64,000 bases of DNA from Toensbergia leucococca. Lineage: Eukaryota. A program made the translations under genes and the position numbers. The stretch lies in contig JALDZS010000115.1 of assembly GCA_022813965.1 (NCBI GenBank), positions 1 through 64,000 on the forward strand, read 5' to 3'. The notes below the pieces were generated by a model. That model made no database searches. It worked only from the letters and a program-made list of their open reading frames with translations, and was not told the DNA's origin. Numbering within the stretch: position 1 is the stretch's first letter; every line of letters starts with the position of its first letter. Shown piece after piece: positions 50,187 through 63,068 of this stretch.

Positions 50187-50643
50187 GGCTCAATGCTAGT
50201 AGGGTATGTGGCCAAGAGCTTTTCCGTTGTTCGTACACTTGGTAGTGGGAAAAGGTTCCATATTTCGAGTTGAATATCTGCACGATTAGGAAGTAGGAGA
50301 AGGAAGGAGAAGAAAAGAGGACGAGGGGCTGAAATATCAAACTTAATAGCGTCGAGATAAACGTGTGATGACGTATTTGCCAAGGAAAGTCAAGGTAAGG
50401 GAATTGTATTTCAATCCACAATCAACTGTCGACATGGACTTTCACTTATCACTTTTCATCACCTGTCTGAGGGAGAAAATGCGCGTATTACACGTTACGT
50501 ATCAGACTCAATTGTCAATACTATGGTACATGACTCTTTCCTCGCGTTCAAAATACAATACCAAAAACTTGATAAACATGATAACCATCAGTGCATCAGC
50601 TTCATAAGCAACCCATCGTACGGCATCGTGAATCATTATTCAA

Positions 50644-52115
50644 TCATGACGAGGCTCGCCGACGCTTTTCCACCTGGCTATCGTCTCCCAACGTTGCATC
50701 TGCCATATGCAGCTGCATTAACATATACGCCGCTCGAGCCTCCTTGGTCAGTGCTGCAGACGTCTTCCTTCGCTTCGACGGCGTCATGGCCTCATCTGAT
50801 GAATGAGTCGAGTCGCTATACTCATCATAGTCCTCGTCTGCCTCGGAAAGCACTCGTTTGGTGCCTACGTTTTCTTCCATGCTCGAGTTCTCGCTTGTAT
50901 CCGCCTGATTCTCGCTGCCTTCAGTCGTCGAAGTAGTTGAGAGAATACCCGGTGAAGAAAGGAATGCGTACTGCTTTGAAGTCGCCGATCGTGATGCATT
51001 CATGGCCGTCCATTCAGCGTTCGAGGACGTCTGAGGCGAGCAGATATATCTATCACTCCGGTCCGTATCTGTGCCATATCCGCTTTCCATGTCCAAGGCT
51101 TTGGCTGGCTTCGGTCGAAGAGACTTTGTAGGCCACTTTGGGTAGCCACAAGACAATGCTGGCGTTCGTGGACTACTAGCAAGCGATGCTTCTCTAGAAA
51201 GTGCACGGAAGCCATTCGCTTCTTCGGTACACTGGCGTACGATACTACGATTGATGATCATCCGGCCGAAGCTGGGATCTTCCGGTACAACGCACAAGGA
51301 GAGGAAATCCAAGCCGAAGACTGGTGTCAGAGCATATCTGATGTTGAAGCAGAACGTTGCAGCTACCGCTTTCGCTGCTTCAAACGGCATCCAATACCCT
51401 AAATCAATTTAGAGTCAAGACTTCGAAGCAGGCTGATGTTGTCTAACCTTGAGCAGCAAGCGCACCGCCTGTGATGCTATGGCAGATCTCTCTCAGCCCA
51501 GGATTCTGATTGAGCATCTTTGCCGGGGTAGTCTATTGGATTCCACATCAGCCCCGGTGACAAACATGTTAGAGCCAGACGATGGCATACCTTTGAATAT
51601 TTGCAGCACTTGAAGAACGGTGTTATTCGAACCAATCCAACGTTATAATCCCACATTACATTGTATTCGCGGTCGTCGCCAGGCACTTTGAATGTGTACT
51701 GAAAAACTGTGTCACAGCTGTTAGTCACCTAGGCCATCTTGATTCTAGGTCAAGAGTATTTGTTGTCATTACCTTCGAAACTTTCTCTTCCAGTCTTTTC
51801 CAAAAATGATTTCTTCTCGCTATTATATGGAATATGTCTGCAATAATCCGCGATGTGGCCCATCGGATACACCTGAAATTCTCTGTGCTGTTCCGCGATT
51901 CCTTCATCTTGGACTTCGCAAGGCTTGTATCTGATTTCACCCTTTGCTTTCCCTTTAGCAAAAATAGCCGCGTCCTTCGCCATTTTCTGTTTCTTGATAG
52001 ATGGTGGCGGCGGCGAAGATTCTGATGTATACCTACTCGAGCAAGGACTGGGTAATTGACGGTAGCTCCCGAAAGATGCTGGGAGAGGATTCAGAAGTGA
52101 TGCGACAGACACCAT
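50644..52115 (-). CDS. XBP1: APSES/KilA-N transcription factor, Xbp1-like
   Basis: Exons 52115..51773, 51706..51591, 51532..51448, 51398..50644. [52 protein letters not shown]. Confidence 0.85.
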
Positions 52116-55100
52116 GGCGCAGCTTCGCTGAGTTCGGAGCAGGCTAAAGATGATGCGTTGAGTATCTTGTACTGTGGCTCCGGGACTTTGGATGGACGAA
52201 TACCGCGCAGAGACTGGCCGAAGTTTTGATGGAAAGAATACGACTCAGGAGTTGCGAATTGGAGACTGGATCGAAAACTGGCTTTGGGTTTTAATAAGCT
52301 GACAAACACAAGGTTGACGTGAAGGCTCAGTACGTCAAGCTCAACAACGAAGGCAAGCAGAACAACGAGTCAAAAGCCGCTTGACCCCGATACGTATCCT
52401 GCCTTTGAGGCCGAGCGAATACCGATTTATGCTGTTGAGACGGAAGGAAAGCGTAGAATAAGAATGATCGAGATGCAGATCAGCTCTTTGACTCTTTGTT
52501 GTTCTATGTGCAGGCGCTGAAGCAAGCCAGGATGTAGGAGCATGCAAGTTCAAGACGGTGAAGAAGGACTATTCCGGGGTGGGAATGGAGATCTGCATCT
52601 GTTTGTCTTCAAGGTTGGAGCGTTGGGCTTAGCGTCAGATCTGGTTCTTGTCGAGGCAGCCTAACAGCTGTAGGAAAGACAGCGGTGAAGCAAGTAGACA
52701 ACGATGATGCCCTGATCGCTGTACGGCGGAAATGTATCTACTATGTATGTCTCAAAAGCCTTGCTTGGTAGGGAACTCACGAACATTCAGATGAAGCTTT
52801 CGATACGTCTTATACGTGGTCATGACTTGCTCGTCCACCAAACACCTCTCCCAAGGTGCTATATCAACGGACCGTTCACGGGATCGATCCATCATGGCAG
52901 CTTTTCTCTAGCACCCGGGCAAGCATTCCCACATGCCGGCGTCAGTATGAGGCCTTTCAGATAGTTAGGCTGATGGTCGAGGCACCCTGGCAAATGTTTC
53001 ACCAAACTCGGTGTGTATCCGGACCTCCAAGCTCAGACTTGTCTTGACACGTAGCTAGCTTTTCTCATTGGTGTTGTCAGCCACAAGCCAAGTCCTGGTC
53101 TCACGGTGCTCCTGCATCGACTGACATAAACAGCAAATCACCTCAAGCGCAGGTGTCGTGACGATGCGAAGGTTTGCCTTTGCCACAAGTGAGTATAGTT
53201 GCCCTCCGGAAGTACATCGAAAATCACAAAGTCGATAACAGGTGCTGGCGAGCAATTCCTCCAACCGGGTGCTTGCCGACAGGGGTCACGGGAACATGCT
53301 GGTGTCAAGACAGGTGGGACAAAGAAAACGTGATTTCTCATTTGGAATTGGCAATGAGACTCGATGCACGTGTGCCTGACCGTAAGAGATCAGGTATTGT
53401 CAATCTAGTCACATTCGTGCCTGATATGGCAAGACTGTCCGTCAGCTGGAGTATCAACATGGTAAGGGATTTCTTTTCAGACCTTTGAAGCTTCGAAATT
53501 GAGTACTTTGTGGAGAGTACGGGTTCTCTAACCGATCCCAACAAGATCTAGCGCATCTACTCCCTTACATAACCTGACCGCTTTCTGCGACCTCATTCAG
53601 CACTCATTAGCCAGGCATCTTTCGCTCTACTGCAATTACCCGCATCCTGAGCTGGCTTACATCCGCAAGCCTAGCCCATACACAAAGACTTCCTTTCAGC
53701 CAGACGATGGATCTGGAAGGCTTCTAGAATAATTTGAGAAGGAATGCTTGCATTGCTTACGCCTAGGCAGAACGGAAAGTTAGGGGTGTACATGCATAGG
53801 GCATGGAAACTGGCAGGTTTCCAATCTGTAATGGGCAGATTCTAGAAGCTCCGCAGAACATCATTCGCCCATACCCACAGGAGCGTTCATTCTAGGAATC
53901 TACGGGACGGCACTTTTCGTTTAGACGTGCCATGGAGATCTAGAGTAACTAACCTCTACTAAAGAGCGGCACATCGAGGCTCCTCATTGGGTGTTGTCAT
54001 CTTCCACGACGCCGCAATAAATCAGCCCTTTCTCTGGACAGAATCATCGAATTCGACACGTGGTATACTTGAATCACTACAAACTTAAAGGAATCGGCTA
54101 TAAGCTGCAATGGAGAGATATAACTTTCTTCAATCCATGCGGCCATAGGTACATGGCCCTAAAAGCCAAGACCGAGGCACAGGCGGAAGTTTCAGGAAGC
54201 CACCGCTATGGAGCCGAACTCTGGGAAATCGAGTTTTTCTCCTGCCTGCCTTGCAAGAATACCTGTCCCTTCCCAAGCGATGTCCTCCTTTTCGGAGATT
54301 CCAAATCGATGCTTGCAAATCGTTCGGACCAGTCCCCGAAGGCAAAGGGTCCTTCCGGCCTATTTTTAAAAAGAAAGATAAAGCTACCCGTTTTCCCCTC
54401 TCCATTGCTCCGTTGTAACCATATCTCCATCAGAGCCCCGCTCTTATCCTATTTTCAGCCGCTTACATAGCCGACCCCGTTTCAGGTTCTCTCGATTTCA
54501 AGAACCAACGGTAAATCCTTTACCTCCGCACCCTCATGATGTATCTTTGGTCAAACCAGTAACTTCAACCACTTGACTTGCGGACAGCTGCGTGGAGAAA
54601 TAGGCGAGGTTGGTTGATTTCCAGAATTCAGCCTCTTCTGTGGATAATATGTACCCGTGCTTCTCGCTGTGTTCTTTTTTCGGCGAACCATTACCCGATT
54701 CCCAATCCTATTTACAGGAACGTCTTGAATACCTCAATACCCGATCTCCTAGAACGAGTGCCAATGAGAGGCCACAGCAGACCATCTTCAATACAGCACA
54801 ACCCCTTATTTTCAATTTCAAACAAGAGGCCCGCGGATCGAATGGCTGACATACAACATTAGCTTGAGGAATTGTGACAACTTGAATTGAAGCTTATCAA
54901 ATTAGACTATAGCCGGGCTGTTGTTTTCTTATCTTGACCCTCGGTGCCGATCGCAAGGCCCTATGCATACGGTGGATCACCCAAGGCTCTCCACAAAAGA
55001 GTGCCGAGGATGGTGGCACTCCGAGGTGTAGCCATGGCTCTACTAGCAGGTGTAATGCAGCAATCTCAACCCATCCCATATATCCCATCCGAGACCTTAC

Positions 55101-55504
55101 CGCATCACAGCGGACTCATGTGTATAATCTCTATTGCAGGGAATAGAAAGAGCCTAGCAAATCTGTCTACTGACCGTTTGTTGCTCTCAATTTCGATACC
55201 TACGAGCGTGGTTAACGCGTCCGTCCCATATCAGCGCTTTCCCCAACATTCCCTCCCAGCATCTCCCACTTTACTCCCTTTCAGCATCTACATCGTCACT
55301 CCAGCCTAGTATCTCCATCTCCCCATCCCCCTCAAAGGCATCTTCAAAAAGCTCCCGTAAACCCAAATCCAGACCAAAAAAAAAAGGACTACAACATACC
55401 CTTATCTCAAATCCACATTCTTCAACTCTCACAGCCTCTTCCCGCTATCCCAACGCCCAGGGAAAAAAAATATTAAAAAAGAAAGAAAGAATGGAAAAAA
55501 TTGT

Positions 55505-55623
55505 ACATACAACAGCCAGGATTCGCTGGTCGTCACCGACCCAACTACTAACTGACCGATCTGAGCTTTATGTATGGCAGAGCGGACGGGATGCCCAGTT
55601 CTGCTCAGTCTGTGGTCGTAGAT
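55505..55623 (-). rRNA. Dispersed 5S rRNA gene (119 nt, variant type)
   Basis: ATCTACGACCACAGACTGAGCAGAACTGGGCATCCCGTCCGCTCTGCC...TTAGTAGTTGGGTCGGTGACGACCAGCGAATCCTGGCTGTTGTATGT, followed by a T6 Pol III terminator. Confidence 0.93.
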
Positions 55624-56537
55624 AGGAGATTGAGCTGGAATGTAGTAGTTTGTTGATGATGGAGATGTGATACACGTCCTTAGTGTGGGGTGGGTGCGAT
55701 CAGGGAGGGCGGCATTAGTAGCAGGTAATTAGACTTGTTATTGCAGTATTCTACCTATCTATAATATATCTAGGTACTTGATTTGATAGAAAATCTAGTA
55801 CCGATTTTGTTTTTGTTGTGGTGCTATTGAGCCAGCCATCTCATAAAGTAATCAATTATCTATCTACCTATTTTTGATGATTCTTTACCTCCATACGCAG
55901 GAGAGGGAAATCCGCCACAACCTAGCTAGGTAGTTTAGATTTATTTTCATATGATGGGTATTTTACCCCTTTTTAGTTAAGTCAACGCCATCCTATCCCA
56001 TGATATCAAAAAAGAAAAGGCAATTGATTAGCACAAAAGTATGTCAAACACCTCAACAACCAACAGCCCCCCCCTCAAAAAAAAAAACAAAAGAGATTCT
56101 CACAAAGGGAGAAAGAAAGGGAGAGTAAACCCTAATCTCAAACCATCTCAGTCAGAATTTCTCAGATCTCAACAACCCCTTAATTCACCCTCTCTCTCTT
56201 TCTTTCAAAGACCTCACCATCAGAGAAAAAAAAAATTATCAAAACAAACACTCACAACCCAACTCCTCAACCACAAAGGCTACACACAGAAAACCCCATC
56301 CTTTCAAAAAACGAACCTTGACAATATTCCACGTGTAGGTAGGGAAACAAGAAACATATTTTACAAACACACAAAGGTCAAAGACTCTACCATATCACCC
56401 AGCAAATTCAAAAAAAAACCCCCCAACCTTCCTCCCCCAACGTCAAACTTGATACAAAAAAAAAAAAAAGAACCAAACATGCCCTATCCTAGCCCCCATC
56501 GACCCTTCCTCAAACCCCACCCACCAAATAGACAACA

Positions 56538-59500
56538 CTAATAGCTATCCTCGTCCTCCTCAAATCCCTCACTCTCGCTCTCGCTCTCCTCCTCGTCCCC
56601 AACCTCACTCCCACTCTCAACGACCAAAGCTTTCGCCGCCTTCCCCACAGCCACCGCAGCAGCCGCCCGTCTCGCCGGCCTCCTCTGCACAACCTCCTCA
56701 TCCTCCCCATCATCATCATCATCATCCAAAATCTCCTCCGCTGCCTCATCAACCTCGTCCCTCCTCCTAGACTGCTTAGCCGCATACGCCTTAGCTGCCG
56801 GACTGAGTACCGATTTTTTCGGCTCGGCAGCCACAACTTTCGTCTTAGCGGGTACCTTGGGTTTTGGGGCAGCTACAGCTGTTGCAGAGCCTTTCACAGC
56901 AGGCTTCACAGCGGCTTTTTTGGAGACTTTTGGAGGGGGTAAGGAAGCCACGGCGAATGAATTCACGGAATCGAGCGTGTCGTCGTCCGAGAGGACGGTT
57001 GTCTTCGCTGTTACGACTGGGCCTTTCTTAGTAGTAGGTGGTGGAGCTAACTTGGAGTAGTCGGTATCGTCGGCATCAAAGTCAAGTGGGGCCTTCGAAG
57101 ATAATGATTTCTTGGACGGTAGGCCTGCGCTGCTACTGGGGCGGGACATGGAGGCCGAAAAGAGTGGTCTAGCATTCGTCGAAGTGTCGGCTGCTACGTT
57201 GCCAATGCCTTTGACCATTTTGCCAACGTCGAACAGGAGATTGTCGCCGTTGTCATCGTCGGAGGCGCTCAGAGTCCCGTAAGAGATCGGTTTGCTCGCC
57301 GCGGCTCGGGGTTTGCGGGAGGGAGCAGGACCTATTATTTCCTCATCTGCTTCTTCATCATCGGATTCAATCTTTTTGGCGGCAGCGCGAGGTTTGCGGG
57401 ATGCAGCAGGTCGGACGATTTCTTCGTCTGCTTCTTCATCGTCAGAACTGGTTTTCTTTTTTGGCGCCGGTTTCTTTGATGCTGCGGCCGTTTTGCCTTT
57501 CTTTAATTTTGGAACTTCAGCTGCTTCAGAGCCGGAATTCACAGCACCATCGAGCGTCCTCCATGCATCCTCCGAGTCTTTGTTGACCGGCTTAGTCTCG
57601 GATGACTCTGCTGTAGACGCTGTTTGGTGCGTCAAGGCCTTTGAGATAGTGGTCTGCTTTAACTTTGCCGGCGGTGATAAGTGCGAGAGCATACCAATCT
57701 TTGGCTGTATGTGCTTGGTCGCTGTAGGCTTCTTAGGCTTGGGCTCATCCCAGTCATCATCACCTTGAGCTTTTCGCTTCCTAGGGGCAGGGGCTTTGGC
57801 ACCACCAATGTTCAATTTGGTTGATGCTCGACGACCCAGGTTTGCGGCTTTCTTCTGGCGCTTGGCTTCGTCATCGAGTTGATATCTCCATTCATTGATG
57901 AAGTCGTCCAAATCCCTCTTCCATAAATCTTCCTTACTTAGCTTGATAAGAGTGTCTATCTCAAGCTCTTTGTCGCCAACCTGCTTTAGCAATCTCTCAA
58001 CCCGTTCCTTAGTCAATGACCAGATAGCCATCTTACAACACGGTCAGCGATAGCACAGAACGTACAACAACAAGTACTTACACCCAAAAGGTAGTCGTAT
58101 GCACTCGCCCCTGTCTCGACATCTTCTTCGGTTTCTTCCTCGTTTTCGAGCGCAGGCTCAAATTCACCGTCCTTGGTTGCATCGACGACCTTTGAGAAAG
58201 CCTTGAACCCCTTTTGCTTAAGCTCTGACACCAAGTCTTTCTTCTTCTTCTTCGAAACCACGAGCTTCCCGTCGATGATCATTTGAATGAAGCGTGCCTG
58301 GTTACTGAGCTTCTCCAGGTCTTTTTGCATCTCGGAAAGTTGATATGCCTGCTGGGCGTAAATTGAAGAACAGAGATGCAACTGAAGTACGAGCCTACCT
58401 TCCGCTTCTCATAGAGCTTTATACGGACACCATAGTATTCCTTCAGGATGTCCTCCACGCTCGCATACTTGGTTATTCTCCCTTCGGCATCGAAAGCCAC
58501 AAGGTTTGATGTAGCAATTGATTTCGTGAGTTTGAACTTCTCCTCTAGGCCTGTCTCAAGAGCAATTTTCATGTGCTTCTCTTCCATTCGGATTATGAAA
58601 TGGACATCTTTGTGAGTATTGTAGTCATCATAGTCCTTGATGAAGGACGGAACCTTTTCAGCTTTGATGATTTCTACAATTTTTTCCTTGAAGTCCTGCG
58701 TCCACATCCGGATTGGAAGTTCTGTTACCTCAAGCTCTGTGTCGCTGGTCTGCTTGATGATACCGCTGAATTTGTAGCGGTCTTGTCCCATCGGCGTGAC
58801 ACTGCCTTTGAAGTCGCGGAACCATGGTACCATCGTTTCTATAGGTTCACCGTCCATCATAAGCCTCAAATTTTTGACAATGTCTTCAGGATTATAATTT
58901 GGGATAGAAGAGCTCCACCCGGTACCAATTCCATCCGCCCCGTTGATCAGAATCATTGGTACGACGGGGACATACATATGGGGCTCAATTCTCTTATCAT
59001 CGTCCGTGTGGTATGTGAGAAGTGGCTCATCAGACTGATGAAATATGCGCCTTGCGAATGGTGAGAGGCGTGTGTAGATATAACGTGCACTAGCACAATC
59101 ATTCCCTCCTTGAATTCGAGTACCAAAATTTCCGCTGGGTTCCAGGCAGTTGACGTTGTTAGACCCGACGAAAGTCTGCGCAAGGCCGACGATTGTTTGC
59201 TGCAACGAAGTTTCACCATGCGGATATGCTGTAAGTCCGGAGACTGAGCCGGCAAGCTCAACAACTTTGATGTCCTTCCTCACATTTCGCTTGAAACAAG
59301 TGAAAAGAACCTTGCGCTGCCCAGGCTTCAGCCCATCAACCACCGATGGAATAGAACGCAAATTATCTGCCATACTAAAGAGGATAAGTTCCTTGTTGAC
59401 AAAATCCGTATAGGTGATTTCCTTGGAAGACATATCAAGATAAGTACCTGGCTTGAACTGGCGAAGCCATTCCTTTCGCTCGTCGGCTTTCTTCTTCGAG

Positions 59501-61987
59501 AAGGCACGCTCAATGAGCTCAGCCTCGGCGTCTTGCATGATATGAAATTCCTTGAGATGTTTGTCTAGATCTCGGAAATAGACCTCGGCGTCTTCAGCGC
59601 CACTGGTCCCCAATCCTTTGTAGTATTTATGCTCCCAATTACGTTCATTTTTATGTTCTTCTTTCCACGCCTCGTATTCTGGCATTGTGAAGAAAGACTG
59701 GGACTTGGTAGGATTCTTTGGGTCGCCCTTGTAGACTTTGACGATAGGCGTGATGAACTCAATCAGGAACCCCGGGATCTTAAGTAAACTTGGAAAGGAG
59801 ACCTGGAGAAAATTTATAAGGAGTCCTTTGATATGGCTGCCATCATGATCTTGATCCGTCATGATCATAAGATGACCATATCGTAAGCTCTTGCAATCGG
59901 TGTACTCCACCTTGTGTTTCAAACCCAAGAAATTTTTGATATTTTGTATCTCAGCATTCTTGGAGATCTGGTCTAAAGAGGCGTCTCGTACGTTTAGCAG
60001 CTTACCACGAAGCGGAAATGCCCCGAAGAGATCAGCTGAGACGACAGACCGGCCAGCGATAGCCATTCCAATGGCAGAATCTCCTTCGGTCAAGATAAGT
60101 GTGCATTTGTACCCATCTTTTGTCCCAGCTTTATTGGCGTCTGTAAGCTTGGGATTGTCCATTCGACTTCTACGGTTGCCGTCACTCTTTTTAAGTATTT
60201 GGTCCGCTTTCTGCTGAGCAAAGTGCAAGATATTGTTGACCACCTCGGTCTTGGCGATTTTCTTGAGAAAATCATCGCTGACTGTGCATTTGCTGCCAAA
60301 TTGGCCGTGCTTGGTGGTCAGTTGTTCCTTGGTCTGAGACGTGAAGGCAGGGTTGACTATCAAGCAATTCACGAAGAGGAAGATATGATTGCGAATTTGA
60401 CTAATCTTGAGTGCGGCTCCTCCTTTGTTCCGCCTCTTGACTATATCCAGAAGCTTTGTGCAGATTTGGTCCGCTATGAAGTTGACGTGGGTCCCGCCAG
60501 AGGTGGTTGCGATGGAGTTTACGAATGAGACCTGTTGGAAAGTACCATCCGACACTGCAAAGCCAATCTCCCAACGCACATCTGGGTTGTCTGTGATGAT
60601 ATCAGACGTGTCGTTGACTGCTTCGTCCCCTCGTTCCCGCTTGATAGCTTTCGTGTACATCTCCATGTACTTTTTAAAGCTGTTGACTTTGATTTTTTCG
60701 CCATTGAGGAACACCTTGACACCTTTGCTGGTTCCTGCCAAATCATAGACTCTTCGCTTCACCAACGCTTCAAAGTCGTCATCTATGCCATCCATCTTGA
60801 ACTTCTTGAAATCAGGCGTAAAAGTGATGTTAGTGAAGTCGTCACCTTTGTTAGGAGATATCGTAGCTTTGCCCATATGGCTCATATTGCCAGTCCAGAC
60901 CTGCTTGTACTTCTTCTTCGACTTCGAGTCTGCCGTTTCCAGGATGAACTCGGTGCTGAATATATTACAAAGTTTCGCACCGTACCCATTACGCCCACCA
61001 GTAACCTTCTGCTGGTCGTCGTCGTAGTTCGAAGATGTGAGCAAATGACCAAATATCATTTCAGGTATGTATATTTTCTCTTTCTGCGACACCGTGTTAA
61101 AACAGAAAAGAAAGCAACATCGGCAAGGTGACTAACTTCATGGATCTCTATTGGAATGCCTCGCCCATTGTTCATGACGCTTATTTGGCCACTTTCTCGA
61201 TTAACCGTGACTTTGATTGTATCCATGTTCTTATCTCTCTGCTTGTTATCGGCTGCATTGACCAAGATCTCGTCAAAGATCTTGTAAAGACCAGGCACAA
61301 AGCTGACTTCCCTCATTTCCATGGAATCCATCTGGGTATTGTAGACCCACATGAGCTTCTCGCTGCGCTCCACGGATCCGACGTAAGTATCAGGGCGCTT
61401 GATTATATGTTCAAGCTGGGTGAGCTATAGAAAGTGTGATTATCATGTAGCTAGGCCAGTCAGAGTGTCGGCACGTACCTTCTGGTAAGCGTCTGAAGAG
61501 CTTGCCCCCTTCTTGGACGCTGGTTCGTTGGCTCCATCGAGTCCCATCGATTCGTTCTCGAGCTCTTGAAAGGGTTTCCCTCCAGACTTTTTAGGTGCTG
61601 GCGCTTTCTTTTGTTTTTTCGTACTAGGTGGAGTGACAGAAAGTAAAGAGTCGTCGTGTTGTGATCCGATTTTTGGACCAGAGTCCTCGCTCTCGTCCTC
61701 GGTGTCTGGCTTTGGCCGTTTTTTCGACGCAGCAGGCTTAGCTTTCAGTGTGAGAGTAGTCTGTGATTCTTTCTTAGACGCAGCCTTGGGTGCTGCCTCT
61801 GCTTTCTTAGGAGCCGCTTTCGGCGCAGCCTTAGCTTTTGGCTTGGCTTTCTGCAGCAAGGTAGAGTCAGCACGATAAACAAAAGGCGTTGAACTTCAAT
61901 TGCTTCACATACAATGATCGGAGCAGGTACGAAGACATCGGACTCGGCCGTGTCGTCAAACACAGATTCTACCATTGAGGAATCCAT
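56538..61987 (-). CDS. TOP2: DNA topoisomerase II
   Basis: Multi-exon. RPDTYVGS, EILVNAADN, GGRNGYGAKL (GHKL), LTEGDSA, PLRGKLLN, IMTDQDHDGSH (TOPRIM), SARYI catalytic Tyr, long charged C-tail. Confidence 0.98.
57297..57447 (-). repeat. 81-bp tandem duplication in the TOP2 C-terminal tail
   Basis: Encodes SDDEEADEEIVRPAASRKPRAAA / SDDEEADEEIIGPAPSRKPRAAA. Confidence 0.85.
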
Positions 61988-62174
61988 AGAGGCGCGTTCA
62001 TTCGCGTGCTTTCTTTGAAACTCGATGTATCGAGCCAAGGGTAGATGACAGGGAAGCCGAAAAGAAGCTTATGAGCTGGTACGAGTGCCCATACCAGCGC
62101 TGATAGAGATATCAAGTAGTTCTCCTCTCGAGGTTTCCATTTGGTTTTGATATCATTTTTGACACGGCGCTGTT

Positions 62175-62182
62175 TTGTTTAC
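62175..62182 (-). promoter_or_regulatory. Forkhead-type site GTAAACAA upstream of TOP2
   Basis: TTGTTTAC on the + strand, about 190 bp upstream of the TOP2 ATG at 61987. Confidence 0.45.
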
Positions 62183-63068
62183 AAAGACGGGACCTCGGGA
62201 CCTCGCGCCGACCAGAATAGCCGAGCTGGCTGGCTTATTCTAGAGTATGGCAGCTTCTTTGGGCTTAGCGAGGGGCTACCCCACACATCTCTCCTGACAT
62301 GACAAGTAAGGTACAGGTAACCTATTCGAGGTTCATCCCGCATGAAAATTCTCTGATAGATGAAGATAGCATCCCCTTGATGCATCTGCCTGATATAATC
62401 ATCCCCGAAAGTGATGTCTCTTTCAAGAGAGAATGAGTTGATAATTTTCATATCCATGTCACTTCATTCAGAGCCTCAGTTGCACTATCACTCTCATATA
62501 CTATCAGATCTTGTGCTGCAGTAGCAGAATTGAGAAGGGCCCAGATATGTAGGTAGGTGAATGGCTAAATCGCGTACTTCTTGGAAGCTCCAGTTGTTAA
62601 TATGAGTCATTAATTGGATTGCAAGTAGAGTCTTTTTTTTTGCGGCATTCAGATTGGTCAGTTAATGATGCGAAGATCATGAAGCTAACAGATCAATTCT
62701 AGACAAGATGAGGTATAATAGGATGTCCTCGCTAGCGTCAGAGATCTAAAAGCTCGCATTGCGTTTTCCTACAACACCTAATCAATGACGGTGCAAGATA
62801 TAGCTGAAAAGAAGCAAAACTTGGCCGCCTACACTTATCAAATGTTTTAAAGCAGAATGCGAGTTTTACAATTGCTCTAGCCGTAGACCTGAATTTGCTT
62901 GAGCATTGCATGCCGCTGAAAATGAAACATCTGTCTGTATACGAGTAAGAAGAATCATGACCCGAATGCGCATCGAGCCCCTCCTACACCTTGTACTGAA
63001 ATCGTAACAGAACCCCTCTCATATCTGTGACGCGAAACAAAAATTTATGGGCCTGCCATTTTACAGGG

